Shown piece after piece: positions 18,684 through 27,538 of a stretch of DNA of 64,000 nt (within the stretch, counting starts at the first letter, position 1; the number at the start of each line of letters is the position of its first letter). Under the pieces are notes generated by a model that was given only the letters and a program-made list of their open reading frames with translations, was not told the DNA's origin and did no database searches. The DNA lies in contig CAWJSK010000013.1 in NCBI GenBank assembly GCA_963845535.1, forward strand, positions 96,001-160,000, read 5' to 3'. Position numbers and translations under genes: made by a program. Origin of the DNA: an uncultured Spirochaetota bacterium (GTDB taxonomy: Bacteria > Spirochaetota > Spirochaetia > SZUA-6 > Fen-1364).

Positions 18684-19395
18684 CCTGCAGACGTTCGGCC
18701 TGACCAAGCGCTTCGGCGGCCTGCTTGCGGTCAACAACGTTTCCTTCAGCCTGGACCGCGGAGAGATCCTCGGCGTCATTGGGCCCAACGGCGCGGGAAA
18801 GACCACGTTCATAAACCTGGTCTCCGGCGTGTATGCCCCCACCAGCGGCCGCATCCACTTCCAGGGCCGCGACATAACGAGCCTCGCGGCCCACAAGCGT
18901 GCCCGCGCGGGGATTTCCCGCACGTTTCAGCTCATCCACCCCCTGGAGAACCTGAACGTGGTGGAAAACGTGATGCTGGGGTTCATCTTCAGCCGGCGCT
19001 CGAGCCTGAAAGAGGCCCGCAAATCCGCGGAAGCCCTTTGCGGCTCCCTCGGGCTTGGCAGCCTGGGCCGCGACGTCTCCGAGATCACGATGCTGGAGAC
19101 GAAAAAGCTGGAGATCGCACACGCCCTTGCCAATGACCCTTCCGTCCTCTTTCTGGATGAGGTCATGGCCGGTCTGAACGTGGATGAGACCACCGAGGTC
19201 ATCCGTCTCGTTCAAGGAGTGGCTCGGGAAAAGAACATAGGCGTCGGCGTGGTGGAGCACGTCATGAGCGTCATCCGTGACCTGACCCATCGCGTGATCG
19301 TCCTGGAGGCCGGGGAGATCATTGCCGCGGGACCGTACGAAGAGGTTGCAAAGAACCCGAGGGTCATTGCCGCCTACCTCGGAGGAGCTGCCTGA
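18676..19395 (+). CDS. LIV-type ABC ATPase (LivG-like)
   Basis: 'GPNGAGKTT', 'RTFQ', 'LFLDE', 'VEH', 'VIAAYLG'. Confidence 0.93.
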   Translation: MPDLQTFGLTKRFGGLLAVNNVSFSLDRGEILGVIGPNGAGKTTFINLVSGVYAPTSGRIHFQGRDITSLAAHKRARAGISRTFQLIHPLENLNVVENVMLGFIFSRRSSLKEARKSAEALCGSLGLGSLGRDVSEITMLETKKLEIAHALANDPSVLFLDEVMAGLNVDETTEVIRLVQGVAREKNIGVGVVEHVMSVIRDLTHRVIVLEAGEIIAAGPYEEVAKNPRVIAAYLGGAA

Positions 19396-20096
19396 TGCTG
19401 CAGGTGCGGAACCTCGAATGCGGCTATGGGCGCATCCCCGTTTTGCGAAAAGTGGATCTCACCGTGGGCAACGAATCCGTCGGCCTGTTCGGGCCCAACG
19501 GCGCCGGCAAGACCACGCTGATAAATGCGATCATGGGATTGGTCCATCCGCGCGCCGGCACCATTGAATCCGACGGCAGGGACCTCACCACGCTCAAGAC
19601 GCATCAGATAGCCCGCGCAGGTATTGCCCTGGTGCCCCAGGAGCGCGAGCTTTTCCCCGGCATGTCCGTGGCGGACAACCTGGAGCTTGGCGCGGTTTAC
19701 ATTCCTCATGCGAAGAACGTGATGGAGAAGCAGCTTGAAACCGTGCTCAGCCAGTTCCCCATTCTGCGGGAAAGGTACCGTCAGCTTGCCGGAACGCTTT
19801 CCGGAGGCCAGCAGCGCATGGTGGCAATTGGCCGCGCGCTGATGGCCAATCCGCGTCTTCTCATCCTGGACGAGCCGTCTCTCGGGCTTCAACCCTCCAT
19901 TGTGTCGGAAGTCTTCGAGAAGCTCGCGCAGCTCAAGGCCACGGTCTCCATCCTTGTCACGGAGCAGAACGTGCGGGAAAGCCTGCGCGCAGTGGACCGG
20001 GGGTACGTGCTGGAAAACGGCGCCGTGGCCCTGGAGGATAGCGCGGCGGGTTTGTCCAACAACCCTCACGTGATCCGGTCCTACCTGGGGATCTAG
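19395..20096 (+). CDS. LIV-type ABC ATPase (LivF-like)
   Basis: 'GPNGAGKTT', 'LSGGQQ', 'LDEPSLGL', 'SYLG'. Confidence 0.93.
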   Translation: MLQVRNLECGYGRIPVLRKVDLTVGNESVGLFGPNGAGKTTLINAIMGLVHPRAGTIESDGRDLTTLKTHQIARAGIALVPQERELFPGMSVADNLELGAVYIPHAKNVMEKQLETVLSQFPILRERYRQLAGTLSGGQQRMVAIGRALMANPRLLILDEPSLGLQPSIVSEVFEKLAQLKATVSILVTEQNVRESLRAVDRGYVLENGAVALEDSAAGLSNNPHVIRSYLGI

Positions 20097-20098
20097 AC

Positions 20099-20179
20099 AT
20101 GCCCCGAGCAGACCTGAACAACACCGCTTTGCGGTACGAGATCGAGGGCGCCGTCGTCGATTTCTTGAGGGTCATATGA
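20099..20179 (+). pseudogene. 26-codon relic of an internally deleted alpha/beta hydrolase gene
   Basis: MPRADLNNTALRYEIEG|AVVDFLRVI* joins a hydrolase-like N-terminus to a hydrolase-like C-terminus; its stop overlaps the next ATG (ATGA). Confidence 0.55.
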
Positions 20180-20949
20180 CGGCAAAAACCATAACCGTGG
20201 GAGAGACGCGCATTCACTACGTCGAGCACGGAAGAGGGATCGACGTGGTGTTCGTGCACGGAAACATCGGGTCCAGTCGATGGTTCGGCCGTGCGATGGA
20301 TGTTCCGGGTTGCAGGACCGTTGCGCTGGACATGCCGAACTTCGGGCGTTCCAGCGAGCTGCCGGCAGAACCCGACATTGACCGTTACGCGGACTCGGTG
20401 GCCGCGTTTCTTGGCGCCATGCGGATCGAAAGACCCGTGCTCGTGGGGCACTCCCTGGGAGGCGCAGTGGCCATCTCATTGGCAGTCCGCAACCCGAAGC
20501 TGCCCCGAGGGCTCGTGCTCGTGGATTCCGCCGCGCCATCGGGGCTCCAGACTCCGGAGGATCGATATCCGATGATCGAGTCCATGCGGACAAGTCGGGA
20601 TGTTCTGTCCGCGGCCCTCTCCGCGGTTGTTCCGACGTTGAAGGACAAGGCTTTCTTCGAAGCGCTGGTTGATGACGCCGCGCTCATGGCTCCCTCCGCC
20701 TGGGTGGGGAACGCGCGCGCCCTGAGCCGCTTTGATTACAAGGGGAAATGTGGAGCGTTCACGGCTCCTACCTTGGTGATATGGGGCCGCAAGGACGTGA
20801 TCGTCACCGAAGCCATGGCCAGGGAAACCGCGCAAGCTTTCCCCGGGGCCCGGCTCGTGATCCTGGATGAGGTGGGGCATTCCGTTGTGGCTGAGGACCC
20901 CGAGGGCTTCGTGAAGATACTGTCGGGGTTCATTGGAAAGGAAGACTGA
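20176..20949 (+). CDS. Alpha/beta hydrolase (esterase/enol-lactonase-like)
   Basis: 'FVHGN', 'DMPNFG', nucleophile 'GHSLGG', 'WGRKD', 'GHS'. Confidence 0.9.
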   Translation: MTAKTITVGETRIHYVEHGRGIDVVFVHGNIGSSRWFGRAMDVPGCRTVALDMPNFGRSSELPAEPDIDRYADSVAAFLGAMRIERPVLVGHSLGGAVAISLAVRNPKLPRGLVLVDSAAPSGLQTPEDRYPMIESMRTSRDVLSAALSAVVPTLKDKAFFEALVDDAALMAPSAWVGNARALSRFDYKGKCGAFTAPTLVIWGRKDVIVTEAMARETAQAFPGARLVILDEVGHSVVAEDPEGFVKILSGFIGKED

Positions 20950-20950
20950 C

Positions 20951-22210
20951 GTGAGTGGCGTAAGCATTGTCGGTGCGTACAACACGAGGTTCGGCAGCTT
21001 CGTGAAGAAGAACAAGGAAACAGGCGAGGTGGTGGACACCGCCTCCCTCTATGACCTCATGATGGAGGCGGGGCGGGGAGCGCTGAAGGACGCCGGCCTG
21101 GCGGGCAAGGACGTTGACGGCGTCTGGGTGGGCAGCTGCGCTCCGGGCCTGTTTGCAAACCAGGAGCACGTGGCTGCAATCGCGCCCGAGATCGACCCCG
21201 AGGGCCTGCGCTTCAAGCCAATGACGCGCTGTGAAGATGCCTGTGCTTCCGGCTCCGTGGCCCTGTACAACGCGCTGTACGCCGTGGAATCAGGACGGGC
21301 CCGGGTCGCGCTCGTGCTCGGCGTGGAGAAGATGAATCTCCTCGACACGAAAGGCGTCACGCACGCCCTCGCCACCTGTTCGTACTGGCCGGAGGAAGGC
21401 GCGCGGGAAGTATCGTTTCCCTGTCTTTTTGCGGAATATGCCAAGGGGTATTCCGCGCGCTACGGACTCTCCGCTGATCTTTTCATGCGGATGCTTGCCG
21501 CGGTTTCCGCCCTGGGATATCGCAACGGGCTGGACAATCCCCTGGCCCACTTCGGAAAGGGCGGGCCTTCCGACAGGCTGGGGCTGACAACAGCGCAGGC
21601 GGTGCTCGACCTTCCCGAGGAGAAAAACCCGCTGATCGCAGATCCCCTTCGTTTGCATGACTGCTCTCTCATCTCGGACGGCGCCGCGGCAGTGGTCATC
21701 ATGCAGACAGCCGCGGCCGCGCGGGCTGGAAAGGCGGTGGAGATTGCGGGGATAGGCCACGTCAACGAGCGCATGGCCCTTTCGAAAAGGGCCAACATGC
21801 ACGAGCTGGCTGCCGGCAAGGAGGCCGCGCGGCGGGCATTTGCGGAAGCGGGCATAGCCGCCTCCGACATCGACGTGGCCGAAGTGCACGACTGCTTCAC
21901 GATCAACCAGCTTCTCTGCACGGAAGCCCTGGGTCTTTCAAAAGACGGCCGCTCAGGGTACGATTACATGGAGGGAAGGTTCGACCGGACGGACTCTCAA
22001 TGCAGCGTGAACCTTTCCGGCGGCTTGAAAGCAAAAGGGCATCCCGTCGGCGCCACCGGCGTCTCAATGCATGCCCTGGTCTACAAGCAGCTTGTCGGGG
22101 AGCCCATCGGGGCCGCGCCGGGCCGCACGCGGCCCGAGATCGGAGTCACGTTCAACGTTGGCGGGTCGGGCGTCACGAACTGCGTCTCGGTCATGCGAAG
22201 GCTCGGATAG
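20951..22210 (+). CDS. SCP2-type thiolase (acetyl-CoA C-acyltransferase)
   Basis: 'EDACASG', 'GVEKM', 'SDGAAA', 'EVHDCFT', 'GHPVGATG'. Confidence 0.9.
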   Translation: MSGVSIVGAYNTRFGSFVKKNKETGEVVDTASLYDLMMEAGRGALKDAGLAGKDVDGVWVGSCAPGLFANQEHVAAIAPEIDPEGLRFKPMTRCEDACASGSVALYNALYAVESGRARVALVLGVEKMNLLDTKGVTHALATCSYWPEEGAREVSFPCLFAEYAKGYSARYGLSADLFMRMLAAVSALGYRNGLDNPLAHFGKGGPSDRLGLTTAQAVLDLPEEKNPLIADPLRLHDCSLISDGAAAVVIMQTAAAARAGKAVEIAGIGHVNERMALSKRANMHELAAGKEAARRAFAEAGIAASDIDVAEVHDCFTINQLLCTEALGLSKDGRSGYDYMEGRFDRTDSQCSVNLSGGLKAKGHPVGATGVSMHALVYKQLVGEPIGAAPGRTRPEIGVTFNVGGSGVTNCVSVMRRLG

Positions 22211-22252
22211 ACGGGGGCCGCGGCTTTGCCGGCCTCCTCGGGAGGCATTCAA

Positions 22253-22705
22253 ATGCCGCGTGCATTCAGACTTGTCCTGGTGATATTCCTCGCGCTTTTC
22301 GCCGCGGGGGTGGTTTCCGCTCAAGGCGCCCCGGAGCCGAAGCCGGCATGGCCCGCCTACCTCTTCAGCATTTTCCTGGGATTTGGAACTGGTCAGTATT
22401 GGGTTGGCGGAAACGGCAACCCCTTCCTCATCGGGGACCTGAGCTGTGTCGGCATTGCGGCCATAGGCGCCGGGCTGGCGATTGGCTCACCCGCTCCCTC
22501 ATCGTCGGGGCTCTCAGGGGCCAGCGCTGGATACCTGATGATCGGCGTTGGGGCCATTGCCTTCTCCGTTCTCAGGATCTGGGAGCTGATCGATGTATTC
22601 GGCGCCGTGGATGACGCCCGCAGTGCCGGGAAAGTCGCCGCGCTCGAACCGGTGGTCACCGGGAGCCTGACTGAGCTCGAGATGGGCGTCCGCCTCCATT
22701 TCTAG
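22253..22705 (+). CDS. Small exported membrane protein, Borrelia P13-like
   Basis: Signal peptide; 'AYLFSIFLGFGTGQY..G' resembles the P13 'LN.FLGFGIGSF.QG' motif; hydrophobic helices. Confidence 0.55.
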   Translation: MPRAFRLVLVIFLALFAAGVVSAQGAPEPKPAWPAYLFSIFLGFGTGQYWVGGNGNPFLIGDLSCVGIAAIGAGLAIGSPAPSSSGLSGASAGYLMIGVGAIAFSVLRIWELIDVFGAVDDARSAGKVAALEPVVTGSLTELEMGVRLHF

Positions 22706-22736
22706 AGGCCGTTTTCGATTCTGCAAGGGAGGATTC

Positions 22737-23111
22737 ATGGAACACGAGCAGAAGTATTCGATCAATCTGGACGCCAGGTTCAGCCCACTCGAGAGAATCG
22801 ACGTCCAGGCCCTGGCGGCAGCGGTAAAGGACCCGTGGTTCAACCAGACTCTCTGCAGGGTCAACGACTGCGTGGTGCGCCTGGGTGTCTTCAAGGGGGG
22901 AGAGTTCCACTGGCACAAGCACGACAAAGAGGATGAGTTTTTCTTCGTACTCTCCGGCAGGTTTGTTGTTGAGCTGGAGGGCGAGCGAAAGGAGCTTGGC
23001 CCTCAACAGGGGCTCCTTGTTCCGAAGGGTGTGCTCCACAAGACGAGCGCGCCCGAGCCTTCCGTGATTCTCATGATGGAAGCCGCCACGGTGAAGCCCA
23101 CCGGCGACTGA
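22737..23111 (+). CDS. Cupin-domain protein
   Basis: 'FHWHKHDKEDEFFFVLSG', 'VPKGVLH'. Confidence 0.9.
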   Translation: MEHEQKYSINLDARFSPLERIDVQALAAAVKDPWFNQTLCRVNDCVVRLGVFKGGEFHWHKHDKEDEFFFVLSGRFVVELEGERKELGPQQGLLVPKGVLHKTSAPEPSVILMMEAATVKPTGD

Positions 23112-23120
23112 GCGAAGGAT

Positions 23121-24299
23121 TCAGGGAGCCAACATCGAATCCAGCAGAAGGCACGAGAGGATCTCCTGCCGGGGGAGATGGAAAAGTCCTTTCCAGTGGT
23201 TGGCTTTGCAGTCCAGCGCAACCGTGCCGTCCCGATGAAGGTAGCCGAACCATTCCCCGTATTCCTTGTCGGGGAAATGAGCCAGGCTCCATGCCAGTAT
23301 CCGATCGAACCAGGACAGGTATGTCTCAATCCCCGTCATGGAGTAGGCGCAGAGCGTTGCGTGGATTGCTTCCGTGTGGACCCACCAGAGCTTCATGTCC
23401 CATTCCAACTGCTCCGGTTGGCGCCCTTGGGAGTCCACGAAATACAGGAAGCCGCCATATTTCCGGTCCCATGCCCGTTCCAGGGACCAGTCAAGAACTT
23501 GGAGCGCCTTTTGCCTGAGCTGGTCGTCATGGCGTCCGCGAGCCTCTTCGAGCAGGAACCAGGATGACTCCATTGCGTGACCGGGGTTGATGCACCTCCC
23601 CGCGGGGGAATCGACAAGCTCTCCGTTCATCCCGACCGTCTCGAAAAGCGCCTTTTCGGACGGCTTTACGAAGTAGCGGAAAAGCTCCTCGATGGCGGCG
23701 TCGATCAGTGTGTCGTAGCGCCCCGCGGGATCAGCGCTGCGCAGCACCTGGTACATGTTGATCCGGATCATCGTGGTGGAATGGGACCGCAGCTCCCGAG
23801 TCCTGGGGTCTATCTTGGGCTGAAGCAGCCCCGGGGTGGTGATGAGGCGGTGCACAAGATCCGCAAGGCCTTTGGCTTTCGAAAGCCGCGCCGCGTCCCC
23901 CGAAGCCCTTGCATATTCCGCGAAGCCCATGACGGCGAAGACCTCGGAAAAGAAGTAGCGTCGCTTTCGGACGGGACGTCCATCCTCGGTGACAATGAAG
24001 AACATTCGCCCGTCCCCATCGAAGCAGTGCTTTTCCAGGAACTCGGCGCCGTTTCTCGCAATCTCGAGCCATTCCGATCTTTTCTCGATGTCGTTGTAGA
24101 GCTTGGAGTACACCCAGGTGGCGCGGCCCTGGATCCATACCCCTTTGTCCGAATCAAGAGGCTTGCCGTACCTGTCGAGAGAGGTGCGAAACCCGCCGTG
24201 CTCGCGATCTATCGCATGCCGGGTCCAGAACGCCATGGTGTCGTTCACGAGGTGATCGAAGAAGGATTTTCGAAGCGCACGCAGACGGGTCGTATCCAT
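23121..24299 (-). CDS. N-acylglucosamine 2-epimerase (AGE family)
   Basis: 'DKGVWIQGR', 'NPGHAMESSWF', 'EWDMKLWWVHTE', 'GEWFGYL', 'KGLFHLPR'. Confidence 0.9.
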   Translation of the reverse strand: MDTTRLRALRKSFFDHLVNDTMAFWTRHAIDREHGGFRTSLDRYGKPLDSDKGVWIQGRATWVYSKLYNDIEKRSEWLEIARNGAEFLEKHCFDGDGRMFFIVTEDGRPVRKRRYFFSEVFAVMGFAEYARASGDAARLSKAKGLADLVHRLITTPGLLQPKIDPRTRELRSHSTTMIRINMYQVLRSADPAGRYDTLIDAAIEELFRYFVKPSEKALFETVGMNGELVDSPAGRCINPGHAMESSWFLLEEARGRHDDQLRQKALQVLDWSLERAWDRKYGGFLYFVDSQGRQPEQLEWDMKLWWVHTEAIHATLCAYSMTGIETYLSWFDRILAWSLAHFPDKEYGEWFGYLHRDGTVALDCKANHWKGLFHLPRQEILSCLLLDSMLAP

Positions 24300-24338
24300 G
24301 GCGGACCGTGTTCTCAGTCTCTGAACCGTAGGCCTCGT

Positions 24339-24368
24339 TTGACGGTGTTGTCAAGAGAAGGTTACCTT
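24339..24368. promoter_or_regulatory. Divergent promoter: back-to-back -35 boxes and short palindrome
   Basis: TTGACGGTGTTGTCAA (TTGACG on +, TTGACA on -) followed by AAGGTTACCTT. Confidence 0.35.
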
Positions 24369-24459
24369 ATCACAAGGCGTCAGAGAGCAAAAATCAGAGA
24401 GTCAGAGCCGCCACACCGCGCGCAGGCGGCCGCGGGACAGGAAACACGGAGGGAATGGC

Positions 24460-25815
24460 ATGAAAAAGGCTTTGTCGTTCACGCTCATTGTGGCGGTGCT
24501 GCTGCTGGCAGCGCTCAACGCTTTCGCCGGAGGCCAGGGGGAGAAAGGCATGGCTTCGGGCCAGGTAACGCTCCTGTTCTGGCCGGGACCTGAAAGCGAC
24601 GCCATGCAGAAGGTCATCGACGCGTACAACGCCGGACAAGGCAAAACGGACGGCGTCAGGGTGAAGCAGCTTCTTTTCAGCAGGCAGGGATTCTTCGACA
24701 AGGAGCTCACGGACCTTGCCGCGGCAAGCACGCAGTTCGACCTGAACCTCGTGACGACGTATACGCTGGGAAGCTACGCGCCCTATCTTGCCCCCATTGA
24801 CTCCTTTGCAACGCCGGATGCGGTCAAATCCTTCATCCCTTCGGCCCTGGACACGCTGCGGTTCAAGGGAAAGCTCTACGGAGTCCCCACGGACGTGAGC
24901 GTCCACTTCCTCTTCTATAGAAGTGATCTCATCAGCAGGCTCCAGAGCGACCAGTCGTGGGCCGCGACGTACAGCCAGATTGCAAAGAGCGTTCTGGGGC
25001 AGGACCTGACCCCGAAGGACCCGGCTGATTGGACCTGGAATGACTACCTTGCAACCGTCCTTTTCTTCACGAAGTCGATCAATCCTGATTCGCCCACCGC
25101 CTACGGCACCGTCCTTCAGCTCAAGAACCTGATCTTCAACATCATGATCTGGGACGACGTCCTTGCCTCCAACGGAGGGAACTGGCTCGACGCTCAGGGC
25201 AACGTCATCATCAACTCCCCCGCGGCCAAGGCTTCTCTGCAGGTTTACCAGACGATCATCGACAACAAGGCCACGCCTGCGGGAAGCGTCAACTACGAGT
25301 TCCCGGAGACGAATGAGGCCTTCTCCACCGGTCAGGCCGCCACGGCGCTGCAGTGGAACGCCGCCTTTCCGATCCTGAATGACCCGAAGCAGTCTCCCAT
25401 GGTGGCGGGGAAGGTGGGGATAGCGCCAATTCCCGCGGGATCAGCCGGGCATAAGACTCATGAGCACAGCCTGGGGATCGGCTTGAACAATGCCTCCAAG
25501 AACAAGGACGATGCAGGGAAGTTCCTCGTCTACCTCCTGTCCCAGGACGCCATGGAGATCTACGCAAAGGCGGGCGGCACGCCGCCGGTTTCCCCTGTGC
25601 TCAACGCCATGGCTTCGACGCGGCCGGACTTCTCCAAGGTTGCCGAGTATCTTGACAAGTATGGCTATGTCATCAACGGCGGCACGGCGTCGTATGCGGT
25701 GCCCGTCTATCAGATACTCGCGGATGAGCTCTCCGCGGTCTGGGCGGGCCAGAAGAGCATTGACGCGGCCCTTTCCAGCGCTGCGTCCCGCATGACGTCG
25801 ACCATCAGCAAGTAG
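24460..25815 (+). CDS. Carbohydrate ABC (CUT1) substrate-binding protein
   Basis: Signal 'AFAGGQGE'; 'GKLYGVP', 'FLFYRSDL', 'WTWND'. Confidence 0.9.
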   Translation: MKKALSFTLIVAVLLLAALNAFAGGQGEKGMASGQVTLLFWPGPESDAMQKVIDAYNAGQGKTDGVRVKQLLFSRQGFFDKELTDLAAASTQFDLNLVTTYTLGSYAPYLAPIDSFATPDAVKSFIPSALDTLRFKGKLYGVPTDVSVHFLFYRSDLISRLQSDQSWAATYSQIAKSVLGQDLTPKDPADWTWNDYLATVLFFTKSINPDSPTAYGTVLQLKNLIFNIMIWDDVLASNGGNWLDAQGNVIINSPAAKASLQVYQTIIDNKATPAGSVNYEFPETNEAFSTGQAATALQWNAAFPILNDPKQSPMVAGKVGIAPIPAGSAGHKTHEHSLGIGLNNASKNKDDAGKFLVYLLSQDAMEIYAKAGGTPPVSPVLNAMASTRPDFSKVAEYLDKYGYVINGGTASYAVPVYQILADELSAVWAGQKSIDAALSSAASRMTSTISK

Positions 25816-25835
25816 GCTTTCGAAAGAGTGAAAAA

Positions 25836-26714
25836 GTGGGCCAGTCGATAACCCGGGGGGAGCGCCGGAGGGGGCTGCTCTTTCTGGCCCCCCTGGTGGT
25901 TTTCTGCCTGCTGTTGTGGGGATACCCGGCCGGCGCGGACCTCTACTACAGCTTCACCAGTCTCATGTTCAGGTCCTTGCGCGCGCCTCAGTGGGTCGGG
26001 CTGGCGAACTTTGTTGCCGTGCTGAAGGACCCGAACTTCTGGGGCGCGTTGGGGTTCAGCGCCCGCTTTGCCGTCACCGCGACGGTGTTCGAAATCCTCC
26101 TCGGCCTCGGCCTTGCGCTGGCGCTGCAGCCCTTGCTGTCGGACCATAAGCCGCTCCTTGCCCCGCTCCTTCTCCCGCTCATGGTGGCACCGGTCCTCCT
26201 GGGCATCATGTATCGGCTCTTGTTGAACGATTTCGTCGGGATGATCTCCCAGTATCTGAAGCTCCTGGGCATTCAGGCGGACCTCTTGAGCCCTCCGTGG
26301 ATTGTCCCCACCGTCATCGGGATCGAAGTCTTCCAGTGGACTCCGTTCGCGTTCCTCATCTTCTTCACTGCGCTCGAATCGATTCCCCGAGAGTTGTTGG
26401 AAGCGGCGCAGATCGATGGAGCAAGCGGCATGCAAGCAACGCGGCGCATCAAGCTTCCGCTTCTGGTTTCGGCCCTCGCAATAGCCTCCTTCATCAGGTT
26501 CGTGGATTCTTTCAGGGTCTTCGATCATATCTACGTGTTGACCGGGGGCGGACCAGGCACTCTCACCACGAGCATCACCATCTACATCTATCGAACGTTT
26601 TTCCAGCAGCAATTGCTCGGACAGGCCATAGCCACCGCACTCCTGCTGCTGGTTCTCTCCTTGATTCCCCTTTCCGTTTCGATGCGGTACATCCTGCGGG
26701 ACCCCCGGAGATGA
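25836..26714 (+). CDS. Carbohydrate ABC permease
   Basis: EAA loop 'LLEAAQIDGAS'; 'LTGGGPG'. Confidence 0.92.
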   Translation: MGQSITRGERRRGLLFLAPLVVFCLLLWGYPAGADLYYSFTSLMFRSLRAPQWVGLANFVAVLKDPNFWGALGFSARFAVTATVFEILLGLGLALALQPLLSDHKPLLAPLLLPLMVAPVLLGIMYRLLLNDFVGMISQYLKLLGIQADLLSPPWIVPTVIGIEVFQWTPFAFLIFFTALESIPRELLEAAQIDGASGMQATRRIKLPLLVSALAIASFIRFVDSFRVFDHIYVLTGGGPGTLTTSITIYIYRTFFQQQLLGQAIATALLLLVLSLIPLSVSMRYILRDPRR

Positions 26715-27523
26715 AGACCTTCCGCTGGATTCTCTACGGCCTGGCTGTGCTCGTCTTCGACTTCCCGTTGATCGGGACTCTCTTCACGGCATTCAAGACG
26801 CCGGCTCAGATCTCACACAGCCCGCCGGTGTGGGTCTTCCTTCCGACACTGGAAAACTTTCACGCGGTGCTCGCGGGCGGAATATCGCTCGACTTTCCGC
26901 TTTTCCTGTTCAACAGCCTTTGCATTGCGTTGGCCGGCACCCTCCTTGCCATCGCCATCACGCTTCCCGCAGCCTATGGGATCGTGAGGTTCGGCCACGG
27001 CCGCCGCACGCTCCTTCCCCTGGTCACCAACCTGCGCACCATTCCGCTGATCGTCTTCGTCATTCCGTTGTACCTCATGTTCCGCCTGGTCGGGCTCCTG
27101 GACACGAGAGTCGGGCTCGCGCTGGTGGCCTGCGCCATCGACGTGCCGCTCGCCCTTGTGCTGTTCATCGGGTTCGTCCAGGATTTCCCGGCCGCCATTG
27201 AGGAAGCTGCCCGTATGGACGGGGCATCGAACTGGCAGATTTTCCGTCACATCATTGTGCCGCTTTCCCGCACCATCATGGCGGCCGTCGGTATCCTGAG
27301 CTTCATCTACGCGTGGAACGAGTTCCTCTTCGGCCTCATCCTGAGCACGGAGCGCGCCACTCCCGTCAGCGTCGGCGCAACGTATTTCCTGACCTCTTTC
27401 GGAATCAAGTGGGGGCAGACCGCCGCGGCAATGATCCTGAGCGTGGCTCCGCCGGTGATCATGGGGCTTGCAAGCTACCGCTACCTCGCGCGCGGAATGG
27501 TGGCGGGCGCAATCAAACAGTAG
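26711..27523 (+). CDS. Carbohydrate ABC permease
   Basis: 'IEEAARMDGAS', 'AWNEFLF'; ATG overlaps upstream stop. Confidence 0.92.
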   Translation: MKTFRWILYGLAVLVFDFPLIGTLFTAFKTPAQISHSPPVWVFLPTLENFHAVLAGGISLDFPLFLFNSLCIALAGTLLAIAITLPAAYGIVRFGHGRRTLLPLVTNLRTIPLIVFVIPLYLMFRLVGLLDTRVGLALVACAIDVPLALVLFIGFVQDFPAAIEEAARMDGASNWQIFRHIIVPLSRTIMAAVGILSFIYAWNEFLFGLILSTERATPVSVGATYFLTSFGIKWGQTAAAMILSVAPPVIMGLASYRYLARGMVAGAIKQ

Positions 27524-27538
27524 CGACATTCCAGCAAA

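Noticed and set aside
10052..22210. Housekeeping fatty-acid synthesis operon or type III PKS cluster
   Set aside because: No ACP, FabD, FabF or FabZ; KAS catalytic residues are non-canonical; an importer and thiolase are included
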